IMG/VR virus record: IMGVR_UViG_3300042389_001946
Coordinates: 1-25,605 of that record
Origin: a virus
Lineage: Duplodnaviria; Caudoviricetes
Strand: one strand, 5' to 3'
Length of the DNA stretch: 25,605 bases
The notes under the pieces were generated by a model, which searched no databases, was not told the DNA's origin, and was given only the letters and a program-made list of their open reading frames with translations. A program made the position numbers and the translations under genes. Of this stretch, positions 24,802-25,605 are shown piece by piece. Numbering within the stretch: the first letter of the stretch is position 1; the number at the start of each line of letters is the position of its first letter.

Positions 24802-25053
24802 TTAAAATTCATTTTTCCATACAAATTGAGATGATTTGCAGTCAATATCTATATCCCCTTCTGTATATTCATTATCGCTAAACAATTCCTGAATAGTTTC
24901 TTCAGTAAATGTCTGGTGTGTTAGAACAGTCTTAAAGACTTCAATCCAATCTGAAAGATTAGCTTCAGCACTCATCGTTAGCTCTATTTTTTTATCAGGG
25001 CAGAATCCTCCCTCAACAGTAACCTTAATTGGTGTCTTTTTTTCGTAGTTCAT
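24802..25053 (-). CDS. hypothetical protein
   Basis: 83-aa ORF in a tightly packed operon. Confidence 0.7.
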   Translation of the reverse strand: MNYEKKTPIKVTVEGGFCPDKKIELTMSAEANLSDWIEVFKTVLTHQTFTEETIQELFSDNEYTEGDIDIDCKSSQFVWKNEF

Positions 25054-25058
25054 ATATA

Positions 25059-25454
25059 TTAATATTTTAATGGCGTTATTTCGGAAATCAAGCGCTGGGT
25101 GTGTGCACTATATTTTGTTTGTTTTAAATACTCTAGAATAACATCAATGGCTTGTTTACTGTCATATTCATGTAATTTATGTATAATAGAATATAAGGGT
25201 GCGTCTCTATTATATTCATCGCAGTTTTGAATTTCAGTAAGCTGATCCACAAGATCTGCAATTTGTTGATCATTAAGAATAACCATATCTGTATATGGCT
25301 GTCCACTTAAAGCATTCCAAGCTAACCTAACCCTGTTCCATAAAGAACGTGAAGGATGTTGACTAAACATTGCAATCTCAAGCCCTAAGCCTTGCTCGTA
25401 CTGAAAACACAGCACACCACATCTGCACTCACAAATATAATATTTATTATTCAT
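25059..25454 (-). CDS. hypothetical protein (ATG start MNNKYYICECRCG)
   Basis: The first ATG overlaps the end of the upstream partial ORF. Confidence 0.65.
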   Translation of the reverse strand: MNNKYYICECRCGVLCFQYEQGLGLEIAMFSQHPSRSLWNRVRLAWNALSGQPYTDMVILNDQQIADLVDQLTEIQNCDEYNRDAPLYSIIHKLHEYDSKQAIDVILEYLKQTKYSAHTQRLISEITPLKY

Positions 25455-25605
25455 GTTGTTCAACCTTTCTTTTTAAAAAATAATATTTAAAATGTTGTTT
25501 AATTTCATCACTAACATTTGAATTCCACCTTAATACACCGTCTTTATCTTTAACTACATCTTTGAAAGCATCTATTGATGGTGTATATTTCTTTCGCGTG
25601 TCGTA
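25447..25605 (-). CDS. partial CDS (C-terminus only; continues beyond the window)
   Basis: Open frame from the window end, YDTRKKYTPSID...VEQHE*. Confidence 0.6.
   Translation of the reverse strand, partial: YDTRKKYTPSIDAFKDVVKDKDGVLRWNSNVSDEIKQHFKYYFLKRKVEQHE

Overview
AT-rich, gene-dense fragment that looks like a large T4-like/jumbo tailed phage of a Gram-negative host. Support for this: TAAATA late-promoter boxes, an endolysin/holin/two-component-spanin cassette, and CCA-encoded tRNAs plus a bacterial-type tmRNA. Left part: RadA/Sms-like ATPase, small early ORFs, and a MoxR-like AAA+ / HExxH peptidase / vWA module. Middle: a glycosyltransferase-rich region and a repeat-containing structural protein. 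From 12287 to 21533 there is a minus-strand array of 12 tRNAs, one degenerate Met-like tRNA and a tmRNA, interleaved with glycosyltransferases, two nucleases and several unannotated structured RNAs. tRNA-Leu(UAA) carries a 203-nt Azoarcus-like group I intron. The most striking observation is at 21779-21918, directly upstream of the array. A late-promoter box precedes a 22-codon leader ORF (MQSTYTTVTVLPGNNCPGWYVI), and 17 of its 22 codons can be read by the downstream phage tRNAs. The ORF is followed by mutually exclusive antiterminator and terminator hairpins. This is a candidate ribosome-mediated attenuator that would switch on phage tRNA expression when host tRNAs are depleted. All calls were made by eye; no database searches or folding programs were run.
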